Source: Eledone cirrhosa | Lineage: Eukaryota | Assembly: GCA_964016885.1 (NCBI GenBank) | Contig: OZ024742.1 | Span: 328,352,001-328,416,000 of the forward strand | Length of the DNA stretch: 64,000 bases | Direction of reading: 5' to 3' | Shown: positions 1 to 10,779 of the stretch, piece after piece | How the letters are laid out: each line of letters begins with the position of its first letter | Position numbering within the stretch: position 1 is the stretch's first letter | Made by a program: the position numbers and the translations under genes | The notes under the pieces: model-generated | Seen by the model: the letters and a program-made list of their open reading frames with translations, nothing else | Told to the model about the DNA's origin: nothing | Databases searched by the model: none

Positions 1-38
1 ATATTAAATCTTTGTTGTTTTTTTTCAATAAACAAATC

Positions 39-174
39 TCATCATTTCTGAAGACAGCATATATATGTGAAGATATGCATATTTCCTCTGATAGTTTGTA
101 ATATTTTTACATAGATCTCTATGATATACATACCAACACACATATATATCCTAGAAACGATCGTAGAATGATGA
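39..174 (+). ncRNA. Type I hammerhead ribozyme motif with long stem II
   Basis: Stem I TCATCATTT/GAATGATGA; core CTGAAGA (48-54); stem II CAGCATATATATGTG...CACATATATATCCTA; GAAA (154-157); palindromic stem III ACGATCGT; GUA cleavage triplet. Confidence 0.75.
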
Positions 175-332
175 ATTTTTTAATATAAGGAACTTGTTCT
201 TTGTTTTTATTCATTGTTTTTATTAATTTATATATATATATATATTTAAAACAACAACGGAAGGCCGTACTGGAAGATATGCTGTAAATCTTAATTCCGT
301 GAAATCACTATATATAATTCAATGGCCCAGCT

Positions 333-404
<72 letters not shown>

Positions 405-407
<3 letters not shown>

Positions 408-1239
408 GTTTCTGAATTTGTTTAGCAAGATTCTTTATCTGAAAAGGTGTGTTGAAACCGATATTGTTATACTTTGGGAGGGTCATGTTGCCAATAAGAA
501 ACACACGCACCATGCTTTCACTTCAATTTATTATAATAAATTTATAAATTTAGGAATTTATAAATTTACGGTTAGTTGGTTGGTTCCACAACCAGATGGT
601 TGTTTATATATTGTCAAAGTTCTTTCGTCACACATTATGTGACCTCTTCAGTGACTGGGGATTATTTTCTTTGTTTTTGTGCCTCTCCTTTGTTCTGTCC
701 TACGCCATCTTGTTTCTGTGTGTGTGTTGTGTGCTCAGTCTGCGCATGCGCCACATTCGGGTGTCTGTGTGTGTTTATATTCGTTTATTTATTTGTTTAT
801 TTACATGTTACTGGTTGGTTGTTTGTTCTATGTGTGTGTGTGTTTTCATGTTGTCCTTAATTGTAAGTTGTGATGTTGCTGTTCCACTCATATTTTTTAT
901 TTAATTTTGGTTGTAATTCTTTTATGTTTATTGCCTCTGTGATTTGTCTAAACATTGCGTCTTTTCTGTGTGTAGATTCTATTTTTATTTCTATGTTCTC
1001 TAATTTACCCTTATGTTCTATTTTAGCATGTTGGTAGAGTACAGATGATTCTTTACTATCTTGAAGGTCTCGCCAGTGTTCATTTAATGAACACTGGCGA
1101 GACCTTCAAGATAGTAAAGAATCATCTGTACTCTACCAACACTGGTTTCTTATTGGCAACATAACCCTACCAAAGTATAAGAATATCGGTTTCAACACAC
1201 GTTTTCAGATAAAGAATCTTGCTAAACAAACTTAGAAAC

Positions 1240-1240
<1 letters not shown>
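405..1240 (-). mobile_element. 5'-truncated Penelope-like element (Nematis-like): GIY-YIG C-terminus, pLTR, fold-back and inverted pLTR end
   Basis: Minus strand ~860-1085 encodes a GIY-YIG tail similar to the 2616-3506 ORF (NEHWRDLQ...RQITEA...KYEWN). 405-510 recurs inverted at 1142-1240. Flanked by (TA)n. Confidence 0.85.
613..655 (-). ncRNA. Minimal hammerhead ribozyme in PLE pLTR
   Basis: Reverse complement GTCA-CTGAAGA-G-GTCACA-TAATG-TGTGAC-GAAA-GAAC-TT-TGAC. Confidence 0.8.
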
Positions 1241-1321
<81 letters not shown>

Positions 1322-1326
<5 letters not shown>

Positions 1327-1535
1327 GTGAGTTTTTTTTTACAAAATGAAAAATAACCGATGTGTCCTACACGAGTGAAAGTATAAAGAAAAAATGCAAC
1401 TGGAGTCTTATTTTTAAAAAGTATATATATTTATTTGGTTCCTTTACCGGTTTCGCAGTTCTGCTTTTCAAAAGTAGAGTTGAAATGCAGGGTCTGTGGT
1501 TTTTGAAAAACCACAGACCCTCCATCTCAACTCTC
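1322..1535 (-). mobile_element. ~200 bp non-coding HHR (U3-A8) element, copy 1, with short inverted 5' end
   Basis: Reverse complement matches the copies at 33097 and 46694. HHR at 1442-1474 reads CTT-TTGAAAA-GCAG-AA-CTGC-GAAA-CCGG-TA-AAG. 1504-1535 is an inverted repeat of its 5' end. Confidence 0.8.
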
Positions 1536-1816
1536 TCTCTATATATGTGTGTGTGTATATATATCGTCAGTAATCCAGAAACCTTTGGTAATGGAGTAGT
1601 TATATTTTGTGTTGTTCACTCTCTAGTTATATGTATATATATATATAAATATTGTTATACTTTGGGAGGGTCATGTTGCCAATAAGAAACACACGCACCA
1701 GTTGCTTTCACTTCAATTTATTATATATTTATAAATTTATAAATTTACAAATCTACAAACTTATAACTTTCTGGTTGGTTGGTTGGTTCCACAACCAGAT
1801 AGTTGTTTATATATAT

Positions 1817-1861
1817 AGTCATAGTCCTTTCGTCACACACTCTGTGACCTCTTCAGTGACT
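1817..1861 (-). ncRNA. Minimal hammerhead ribozyme in PLE pLTR
   Basis: Reverse complement AGTCA-CTGAAGA-G-GTCACA-GAGTG-TGTGAC-GAAA-GGAC-TA-TGACT. Stem II is conserved while loops differ from the 613-655 copy. Confidence 0.8.
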
Positions 1862-2615
1862 GGGGATTCCTTTCTTCGTTTCTGTGCCTTTTGTTTCTTC
1901 CATCCTACGCCATTTTGTCTCTGTGTGTGTGTTGTGTGCTCAGTTTGCGCATGTGCCACATCCGGGTGTCTGTGTGTGTTTGTGTTCATTTTTCTATTTG
2001 TTTATTTATTTATTGTTGGTTGGTTGTTTGTTCTATGTGTGTGTGTGTTTTCATTTTGTCCTGTGTGTGTTTTCATTTTGTGTGTGTTTTCAATTGTAAG
2101 TTGTTTGTTCTATGTGTGCGTGTGTTTTCATTTTGTCCTTAATTGTAAGTTGTGATGTTGCTGTTCCACTCATATTTTCTATTTAATTTTGGTTTTAATT
2201 CTTTTATGCTTACTGCCTCTGTAATTTGCCTAAACATTGCGTCTTTTCTGTGCGTGGATTCTATTTTTATTTCTATGCTCTCTAATCTACCCCTGTGTTC
2301 TATCTTAGCATGTTGGTAGAGCACAGATGATTCTTTATTATCTTGGAAGTCTCGCCAGTGTTCATTTATTCGTTCCCCTATACTACGAGCTGTCTCACCT
2401 ATGTACACTATATTTTTGTTTCTACATTGTCCTTCAGTACATCTTATGCTATACACTACATTTTTAGTTTTACAGTTAATATGGGGGCTTATTTTACAGG
2501 TTATACATTTCTTATCTATACATGAGGGTCTTTGGAACGGGTATGTCTTGCTAATAAGTGTTTTTACCAGGTCTTTCTACTATCTTAATATTGAGATTCC
2601 CATTATGCCAAACCC

Positions 2616-3506
2616 ATGATTTCCAAACATCTGATCCACCGAAACTCGGCCATTTCGGACCATACCAAAATCAACATACTGATTGCGGATTTGGTACGGG
2701 TGATGAGAAATGTGTCCCGCATGTGCAACCCCGAAGAACTAGAGAGACACATACAACACTTCATCCACCGTATGCAGTTCTCTGGCTACAATCAGAGAGA
2801 TAGAATCAGAGTGTATAAAGGAGCCAGAACCAAATGGGGAAAAATGGTAAATAATGACATAAATGGGACCTTCCCCTTGTATAGGAGCAAATTTTGGAAT
2901 AGAATAGAAAGAACTAGGAACAAGGCCAATAGAATAAACTCATGGTATGATAGCAATAAATACCAGAGTGTAATGTTCATCAATACAACCCCTAGAGGCG
3001 AACTAGCCTACAAATTTAGAAGGGCCCTAAATAAACATAATCTCAATATTAAGATAGTAGAAAGACCTGGTACCTCCGTAAAAACACTTATTAGCAAGAC
3101 ATACCCGTTCCAAAGACCCTCATGTATAGATAAGAAATGTATAACCTGTAAAATAAGCCCCCATATTAACTGTAAAACTAGAAATGTAGTGTATAGCATA
3201 AGATGTACTGAAGGACAATGTAGAAACAAAAATATAGTGTACATAGGTGAGACAGCTCGTAGTATAGGGGAACGAATAAATGAACACTGGCGAGACCTCC
3301 AAGATAATAAAGAATCATCTGTGCTCTACCAACATGCTAAGATAGAACACAGGGGTGGATTAGAGAGCATAGAAATAAAAATAGAATCCACGCACAGAAA
3401 AGACGCAATGTTTAGGCAAATTACAGAGGCAGTAAGCATAAAAGAATTAAAACCAAAATTAAATAGAAAATATGAGTGGAACAGCAACATCACAACTTAC
3501 AATTAA
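2616..3506 (+). CDS. PLE polyprotein C-terminal part: RT thumb, Cys-rich linker, GIY-YIG endonuclease (5' truncated)
   Basis: Motifs KPM..., MQFSGY, TPRGELA, IVERPG, CxxxxCxxC, NVVYSIRC...YIGETARS..ERINEH, RQITEA, LN. Confidence 0.9.
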   Translation: MISKHLIHRNSAISDHTKINILIADLVRVMRNVSRMCNPEELERHIQHFIHRMQFSGYNQRDRIRVYKGARTKWGKMVNNDINGTFPLYRSKFWNRIERTRNKANRINSWYDSNKYQSVMFINTTPRGELAYKFRRALNKHNLNIKIVERPGTSVKTLISKTYPFQRPSCIDKKCITCKISPHINCKTRNVVYSIRCTEGQCRNKNIVYIGETARSIGERINEHWRDLQDNKESSVLYQHAKIEHRGGLESIEIKIESTHRKDAMFRQITEAVSIKELKPKLNRKYEWNSNITTYN

Positions 3507-3783
3507 GGACAAAATGAAAACACACACACACATAGAACAAACAACTTACAATTGAAAACACACACAAAATGAAAACACACACAGGACAAAATGAAAACAC
3601 ACACACACATAGAACAAACAACCAACCAACAATAAATAAATAAACAAATAGAAAAATGAACACAAACACACACAGACACCCGGATGTGGCACATGCGCAA
3701 ACTAGGCACACAACACACACACAGAGACAAAATGGCGTAGGATAGAAGAAAGAAAAGGCACAGAAACGAAGAAAGGAATCCCC

Positions 3784-3828
3784 AGTCACTGAAGAGGTCA
3801 CAGAGTGTGTGACGAAGGGACTATGACT
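3784..3828 (+). ncRNA. Minimal hammerhead ribozyme in PLE pLTR (GAAA mutated to GAAG)
   Basis: AGTCA-CTGAAGA-G-GTCACA-GAGTG-TGTGAC-GAAG-GGAC-TA-TGACT. Confidence 0.7.
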
Positions 3829-4048
3829 ATATATATAAACAACTATCTGGTTGTGGAACCAACCAACCAACCAGAAAGTTATAAGTTTGTAGATTTGTAA
3901 ATTTATAAATTTATAAATATATAATAAATTGAAGTGAAAGCAACTGGTGCGTGTGTTTCTTATTGGCAACATGACCCTCCCAAAGTATAACAATATCGGT
4001 TTCAACACACGATTTCAGATAAAGAATCTTGCTAAACAAATTCAGAAA

Positions 4049-4124
<76 letters not shown>

Positions 4125-4548
4125 ATTTAAGCGGGCGTTTACATACATGCATGCATACATACAATTGAAAGTACATATGCTAACACCTATTACCGCTGCT
4201 TACACATCTAAGTAGATTGGGGAGATAAAGGGAAAAAATATTTGACCTTTTTTCATAAGCCATTCCAAATTCCTCTATGAAGCCTAATTGCTAGTTAAAA
4301 CTCCATTGTTCTCTTGGAAGTCTGCTAATGGCCTAGAAAGATTTCAACAAGTATGTTGCATGAAGAAAGAATTAAGAGATTAGATTAGATAGAATATTTT
4401 ATAAATGATGTTTAACTTCCTCTACAAATATATATCTCATATACACATACACTTCATACTACTATAATTAGGAATGTTACACACACACACTAACACATTA
4501 CTATATATATATATATATATATACACGCTACGTACAAACAAACAAACT

Positions 4549-4693
<145 letters not shown>

Positions 4694-4906
4694 AGATACA
4701 CACACATATCAATTTTCACAAAAAACGAAATACACTAGATACAATTGCAGATAAAAACGTAAAAGCAATTCGACTGTACATTTTCCGCAGTTGTCATAAG
4801 GGTGTCGCGTTCCCGATCTTTGACGCGACTAAAATTTACAGTCCTAAATAAATGGTAAATGTTTGTTCAAAATGAAGATCCTGAATACTGATGTATCTCA
4901 AGTGGC

Positions 4907-5010
<104 letters not shown>

Positions 5011-5206
5011 ATATATATAGATAGTATATATATACATAGTATATATATATGTATATATATGTATATATATGTATATATATGTATATATATACATAGTATA
5101 TATATATATGTATATATATATACATAGATAGATAGATAGTATATATGTATATATATACATATATACATAGTATATATGTATATATATAGATAGATAGATA
5201 GATGCG

Positions 5207-5327
5207 AGAAAAACCACAAACCCTCCATCTCAATTGTACTTCTGAAAAGCATGAGAACTGTAAAACCGGTAAAGGAAACAAATAAATATTCTTAAAAAAA
5301 CTCCAGTGGCAATTTCGATTCCTTTTC

Positions 5328-5389
<62 letters not shown>

Positions 5390-5436
5390 GAAAAGGAATC
5401 GAAAATGCCACTGGAGTTTTTTTAAGAATATTTATA
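5207..5436 (+). mobile_element. Diverged copy of the ~200 bp HHR element; 3' part duplicated in inverted orientation across a (TA)n tract
   Basis: GAAAAACCACAAACCCTCCATCTCAA start. Decayed HHR at 5239-5274 (CGAAA>TAAAA). ~5281-5331 is inverted at ~5386-5436. Confidence 0.7.
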
Positions 5437-5442
5437 TATGTG

Positions 5443-5500
<58 letters not shown>

Positions 5501-5725
5501 AACAATTAAGTTAAAAATGTACATCTACATATGCATACTGAAATACTAGTATGCATATGAATACACACACGTATACATATGTAGATGTACCAAGTCTTTC
5601 ACTGGTTACTTTACTGTGGGCAACCCAGCTATTCTGTATGTAAACACACAGACAAACCGGTTTTTAGAGTCATACTGGTTTTCGAGGAAACGCCTTTCCT
5701 GTATTCTCCAGAAAGCCAGACAAGG

Positions 5726-5770
5726 AATATTGAACTAGTTTCCTTGTTGTTACAACTCATCAGCAATATT
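5726..5770 (-). ncRNA. Hammerhead ribozyme (stem II closing C mutated to G)
   Basis: Reverse complement AATATTG-CTGATGA-GTTGTAACAACAAG-GAAA-CTAG-TT-CAATATT. Confidence 0.75.
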
Positions 5771-6092
5771 TACCTATCTACCGGCCTTTCTGGAGAATCG
5801 TAAAAGCACATATCGTTATATTAAATTTCGCTTCGTTTGTAACTCACTTTTGTATGACTGACGCTTAAACAATTAAGTTAAAAATGTACATCTACATATG
5901 CATACTGAAATACTAGTATGCATATGAATACACACACGTATACATATGTAGATGTACCAAGTCTTTCACTGGTTACTTTACTGTGAGCAACCCAGCTATT
6001 CTGTATGTAAACACACAGACAAACCGGTTTTTAGAGTCATACTGGTTTTCGAGGAAACGCCTTTCCTGTATTCTCCAGAAAGCCAGACAAGG

Positions 6093-6137
6093 AATATTGA
6101 ACTAGTTTCGTTGTTGTTACAACTCATCAGCAATATT
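6093..6137 (-). ncRNA. Hammerhead ribozyme, intact
   Basis: Reverse complement AATATTG-CTGATGA-GTTG-TAACAA-CAAC-GAAA-CTAG-TT-CAATATT. Confidence 0.88.
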
Positions 6138-6497
6138 TACCTATCTACCGGCCTTTCTGGAGAATCGTAAAAGCACATATCGTTATATGCTTTTTCTATG
6201 AAAATTAGTAGTGGGCAGACTAATTTGCATAGAGTGTGAGTACGCACCGGTTCAGCGGAGACGATAAAAACAAATAACGAAACGAAATTAAATTTCGCTT
6301 CGTTTGTAACTCACTTTTGTATGACTGACGCTTAAACAATTAAGTTAAAAATGTACATCTACATATGCATATGTAGATGTACATTTTTAACTTAATTGTT
6401 TAAGCGTCAGTCATACAAAAGTGAGTTACAAACGAAGCGAAATTTAATATAACGATATGTGCTTTTACGATTCTCCAGAAAGGCCGGTAGATAGGTA

Positions 6498-6542
6498 AAT
6501 ATTGCTGATGAGTTGTAACAACAACGAAACTAGTTCAATATT
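6498..6542 (+). ncRNA. Hammerhead ribozyme, intact
   Basis: AATATTG-CTGATGA-GTTG-TAACAA-CAAC-GAAA-CTAG-TT-CAATATT. Stem I extends outward via TTCTCCAGAAAG/CTTTCTGGAGAA. Confidence 0.88.
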
Positions 6543-6830
6543 CCTTGTCTGGCTTTCTGGAGAATAGAGGAAAGGCGTTTCCTCGAAAACCAGTATGACT
6601 CTAAAAACCGGTTTGTCTGTGTGTTTACATACAGAATAGCTGGGTTGCTCACAGTAAAGTAACCAGTGAAAGTCTTGGTACATCTACATATGTATACGTG
6701 TGTGTATTCATATGCATACTAGTATTTCAGTATGCATATGTAGATGTACATTTTTAACTTAATTGTTTAAGCGTCAGTCATACAAAAGTGAGTTACAAAC
6801 GAAGCAAAATTTAATTTCGTTTCGTTATTT

Positions 6831-6887
<57 letters not shown>

Positions 6888-6894
<7 letters not shown>

Positions 6895-7204
6895 GTTTGT
6901 AGTTGTAAGGCTAAAACAATGCAGGTATGGATATAGAATATAAATGCAAATGCAAAAGATATTGTTGACAATTAGACTTTTACCTTAAATTTATTTAAAT
7001 CTCCTTAATTTACGAGATAAATCTCTTCTTAGGATGGAAGTAAAGTGGTTAATCCAGCGTTCTAAATAGCTTGCCACGTCATACTGACAGGAATTGATTG
7101 GTGGTTGTGTAAAAGACTAATTGTCAACAAAATCTTTTGCATTTGCATTTATATACTATATCCATGCCACCATTGTTTTGACCTTACAACTACAAACGTT
7201 TATA
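6888..7204. repeat. Imperfect ~95 bp inverted repeat (MITE-like or old pLTR inversion)
   Basis: 6888-6983 is the reverse complement of 7109-7204 with scattered mismatches. Confidence 0.7.
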
Positions 7205-7242
7205 CCTCATTACACAATGCTTCAAGTGAACTATCACTTCCT

Positions 7243-7281
<39 letters not shown>

Positions 7282-7317
7282 TTATAAGAATCAAAGAACT
7301 GTTCAAAACATTTTTAT

Positions 7318-7362
7318 GCTTACAACTGTTTCCTCCAAACCGAGGTTTGGATTCTTCGGAGC
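7318..7362 (-). ncRNA. Hammerhead motif (CCGAAGA core) in inverted pLTR
   Basis: Reverse complement of the 10507-10553 motif. Confidence 0.6.
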
Positions 7363-7470
7363 CATTTATTATTGAATGAACACTTATATGACCTCCTTTT
7401 CACCCAAGAGACATACAGATACATATGCAAATATTGTGGGTCAACATTCATTATAGCATTTAGTGTGGCA

Positions 7471-9080
7471 GTACAGATATAGAGCCCAGATTGATGTCAT
7501 CCTTGCGGCCCGTAAAACCATAATCACCTTCGAGGACCAACTATGGACCCGCAAGGATACGCACAACCACTTCGACATAACCATGGGATCTAGTGACTCG
7601 GCGCAGGTCACTGATTTGGTCGGCCTATACCTACTTAATGAAATCCATAAGGACCTCCCATACCTCAATGGTGGTTTGTACCGCGATGATGCACTTCTAC
7701 TTATAGAATATAAAAAATTCAATATAGAAAGAACTAGAACACTATTGCACAAGACATTCAAAAACTTTAACCTTAGTATCACCATGGACAAAAACACTAA
7801 AAATATTAACTTCCTAGATGCCACACTATACCTAGACTCAAAAATATATACACCTTTCCATAAGCCTAACGAAAATCTCATTTACGTGGATACCAAGTCT
7901 AATCACCCTAGATCAATATTAAACTCTATCTCTAAGGGGGTATCCAATAGAATCTCTAATCTATCCTATGACGCAAACATATTTAGCAAAAACTCACAAT
8001 ATTATAATCAAGCATTAGCTAGATCCGGCCATAATATAGAGATTGAGCTCCTACCTAAGAAAACACATAGCTACAACATCATCTCGCACAATATGTCCAT
8101 GAGGAAACCTAGTAATATGAATAGCAACCACACGTACACTAAAGCGGAGGGTGCCACCAGAAGTAACCATTACCACGGAAACTACCGTAGTACCTGAGGA
8201 AGAAACAACACACCAGACACTAAAAACAAAAATAGAAGAAGAAATAATACATTTTTCAACCCTCCTTTCAACCTAAATGTCTCCACCAACATACCTAGGG
8301 CTCTCTTCTCACTACTAGATAAAAAATTCCCTCTAGGACACAAATACCATAACCTTTTAAACAAAAACACTATTAAAATCTCATACTCTACGACGCCTAA
8401 CTTAGCATACCACATAGCTAGCAGCAATAAAAGTAAAATTAATTCTTACTTCCAACAAACAAAATCACAACAGGAGGTAAACCTTCTAAATACCTCTGTA
8501 ACAAGCAACCATAATAACGGCAGTAATAATAGAAATAACACTAGTATAAGAAATGACACCGGGGTCGACAACCCGAATGTCCAAAATCCTATAGCTACCA
8601 CCCGGACCTCTGCACTGCATTATAACCAGCAGACTAACACCCAGGATAATTGTAACTGTAGAGCTAATAGATCCTGCCCTTTAGATAAAAATATGCCTAA
8701 CCGGGGATATCATATACTCATGCACCGTCACAACTAGCAACTCTTCAGAAACCTATGTAGGCTCCACTTCTAACTGCTTCAAAATCAGATATAATTCGCA
8801 CATCCACTCGTTCAAAAAGCACAGTCTAGCCAACTCCACCTCACTATCTAGTTACATACACTATCTAAAAACTAAAAATAAACCTTACACACTCAAAAGG
8901 TAAGTGATAGGTAGCGCGACTTCGTACAAACCACCTAATAAATTTTGTAACCTCTGTATACTAGAGACCCACAATATTATCTTCTCTAACCGTAACCTAC
9001 TTAACAAAAAATCTGAAGTGTTTGCAACTTGCCAGCACCGCTTCAGACATTCCTTCCAAAACTTTAAGCCCAATATATAG
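7471..9080 (+). pseudogene. Degraded PLE RT + GIY-YIG ORF
   Basis: FDITMGSSDSAQ, GLYRDD, NFLD, HKPN, CNCxxxxxC, IIYSC...YVGST, CNLC, LLNKKSE. In-frame TGA at 8195, frameshift near 8690, TAA near 8901. Confidence 0.85.
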
Positions 9081-10506
9081 CAATGTCGGACTTGAACCAA
9101 ACACCCCCTCTAGCATCAAACACCAGGGCAAATCTTATACCACATCCCCAACACTCATTGATCTAATATAACACAATTCGCGACATCCCTCTAGAACCCT
9201 TCGCAGGGGGAATACCCCTTTGTACTTCTACTTTAGGTGTGACAACATCCACTTGCTTGAACTGCACTACACCACTTTATAGTTAATTTAAGCATTGAAT
9301 TGACTGTATTGTTGGTGCTGTGCGGAGGAAGTGCCATCGTTGGACAAATGAAAAACTAATTAATCTAGTAACGCGGATGAGCTGTATGACCGGTATGTTG
9401 AGTGCAGTGATTGAGTGTATTGCAAGTGGCGTATGGGTTGTACATATATGTATGATTTGATGGTCAGATTGGAGTCGTGAGGACTGTGGATTGACCTCTG
9501 GTCGGCCCTGGTGATGATTATCCTTCGACATCCAATGTAGCAAGCACTGACCCGGAACTTACCAGGATCATTGTGTGTTGAAGTGATTCTGCAATCACCT
9601 TGCCTGGTTCTTTGAGTAGACTGCCATCACAGAGATCATTAATTTAGAATTCTCGCTCGTCGTGTATAATATTCATTTGTGGCACTCTGCGATGGGGGTT
9701 AATCACCATAATAAGACCACCTTCAGCACAACTTAATAGACTACTCTATAGATAAAACACTTTAAATTTTTAGAAATTTTAGAAACTGCACATAACCATA
9801 TAAGTTAGGGTCTATTTTGAAACACAATTTAATAGTTAGTAATAGAAACCACTGAGTTACCTCCCCTCATGCATTAACTCCCCTTATCCACACACACACT
9901 TCCGGGTAGTATTTCAATGTCGATTCTCGCAACGTAACATCCCCCTGTATTGAGCTAAAGAACATCAGACTACGATTCTCTAACTGGATTGTCAAACGCC
10001 CAATATCGAATCGTCGTGGATTATGCGAGGGGCATATAATCTGAAAAATACGCTCCCCAGACTATGAAAATGTCGCAGTGCATGAAATCCATATCATCGC
10101 TTCGCTACGCATTCCCAATATTTTTAATGCTTACACTATTTTTAATACTTATATTATTTCTCCACACACAAACTATAACAATCATATAAAGAATTCATCA
10201 CCAGATCAACCACCTTAACACTCTAGATTACCTGCTTAAGTGCTTCTATTACACCTAACTCTATGCCACACTATATAAACAAGACGCACGTGCTTGCCAC
10301 ACATATAACCTTTGCACTATATAACCGCTTAATTTCATGTATTTTAACCTGTATTTTTTATTGTATCTTTTAATATGAATGTAATCTCTAAATGTGTAAT
10401 GCCACACTAAATGCTATAATGTATGTTGACCCACAATATTTGCATATGTATCTGTATGTCTCTTGGGTGAAAAGGAGGTCATATAAGTGTTCATTCAATA
10501 ATAAAT

Positions 10507-10553
10507 TGCTCCGAAGAATCCAAACCTCGGTTTGGAGGAAACAGTTGTAAGCA
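10507..10553 (+). ncRNA. Hammerhead motif with U4C core in pLTR
   Basis: TGCT-CCGAAGA-A-TCCAAAC-CTCG-GTTTGGA-G-GAAA-CAGTTG-TA-AGCA. Confidence 0.65.
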
Positions 10554-10779
10554 TAAAAATGTTTTGAACAGTTCTTTATTCTTATAATTCATATAACTGC
10601 TCTGTAAATCATCTGATGTTATTACATTGAGCTATTTAACTTACTGGTAATAAGGTAGTAATATATTACTGCCTACCACTATTTAGGGTTTATATAAAAA
10701 TATATATAACTGCAAAAGGTTTTTGTATTTGCATAACCATAAATAGTATAATTAATACTATATATATATTTATTTATAC

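Larger units (their letters stand above)
1650..4050 (+). mobile_element. Penelope-like element (Nematis-like), inverted partial copy (1650-2599) joined to direct copy (2600-4050)
   Basis: 1650-2599 is a near-identical reverse complement of ~3040-3995. This inverted/direct structure is typical of PLEs. Ends in (TA)n. Confidence 0.9.
5500..6835. mobile_element. Retrozyme-like non-coding tandem/inverted array (367 and 467 bp periods) with one HHR per unit
   Basis: AACAATTAAG recurs at 5501, 5868 and 6335. Inversion centre at 6367/6368, inverted copy runs to ~6834. (TA)n on both sides. Confidence 0.85.
7277..10594 (+). mobile_element. Penelope-like element, Hydra-like clade, 5'-truncated, with inverted pLTR at 5' end
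   Basis: 7277-7470 is the reverse complement of 10400-10594. Internal RT-EN frame. (TA)n at the 5' flank. Confidence 0.9.

Noticed and set aside
439-466. Antisense CTGAAAA..GAAA..TA hammerhead-like string in the Nematis pLTR
   Set aside because: No stem I pairing, and the core is not conserved in the 12045-12095 homolog.
5585-6683. 72-aa ORF repeated three times
   Set aside because: It simply follows the repeat unit, lies antisense to the ribozyme and has no recognisable domain.
8195-9412. In-frame TGA as selenocysteine with a SECIS in the long 3' region
   Set aside because: The same ORF also has a frameshift and a TAA, CGA>TGA decay is simpler, and the ATGA..TGA hairpin near 9376-9411 lacks the apical AA.
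9505-9556. C/D box snoRNA-like GTGATGA...CTGA
   Set aside because: Only ~40 nt long, with no convincing terminal stem.
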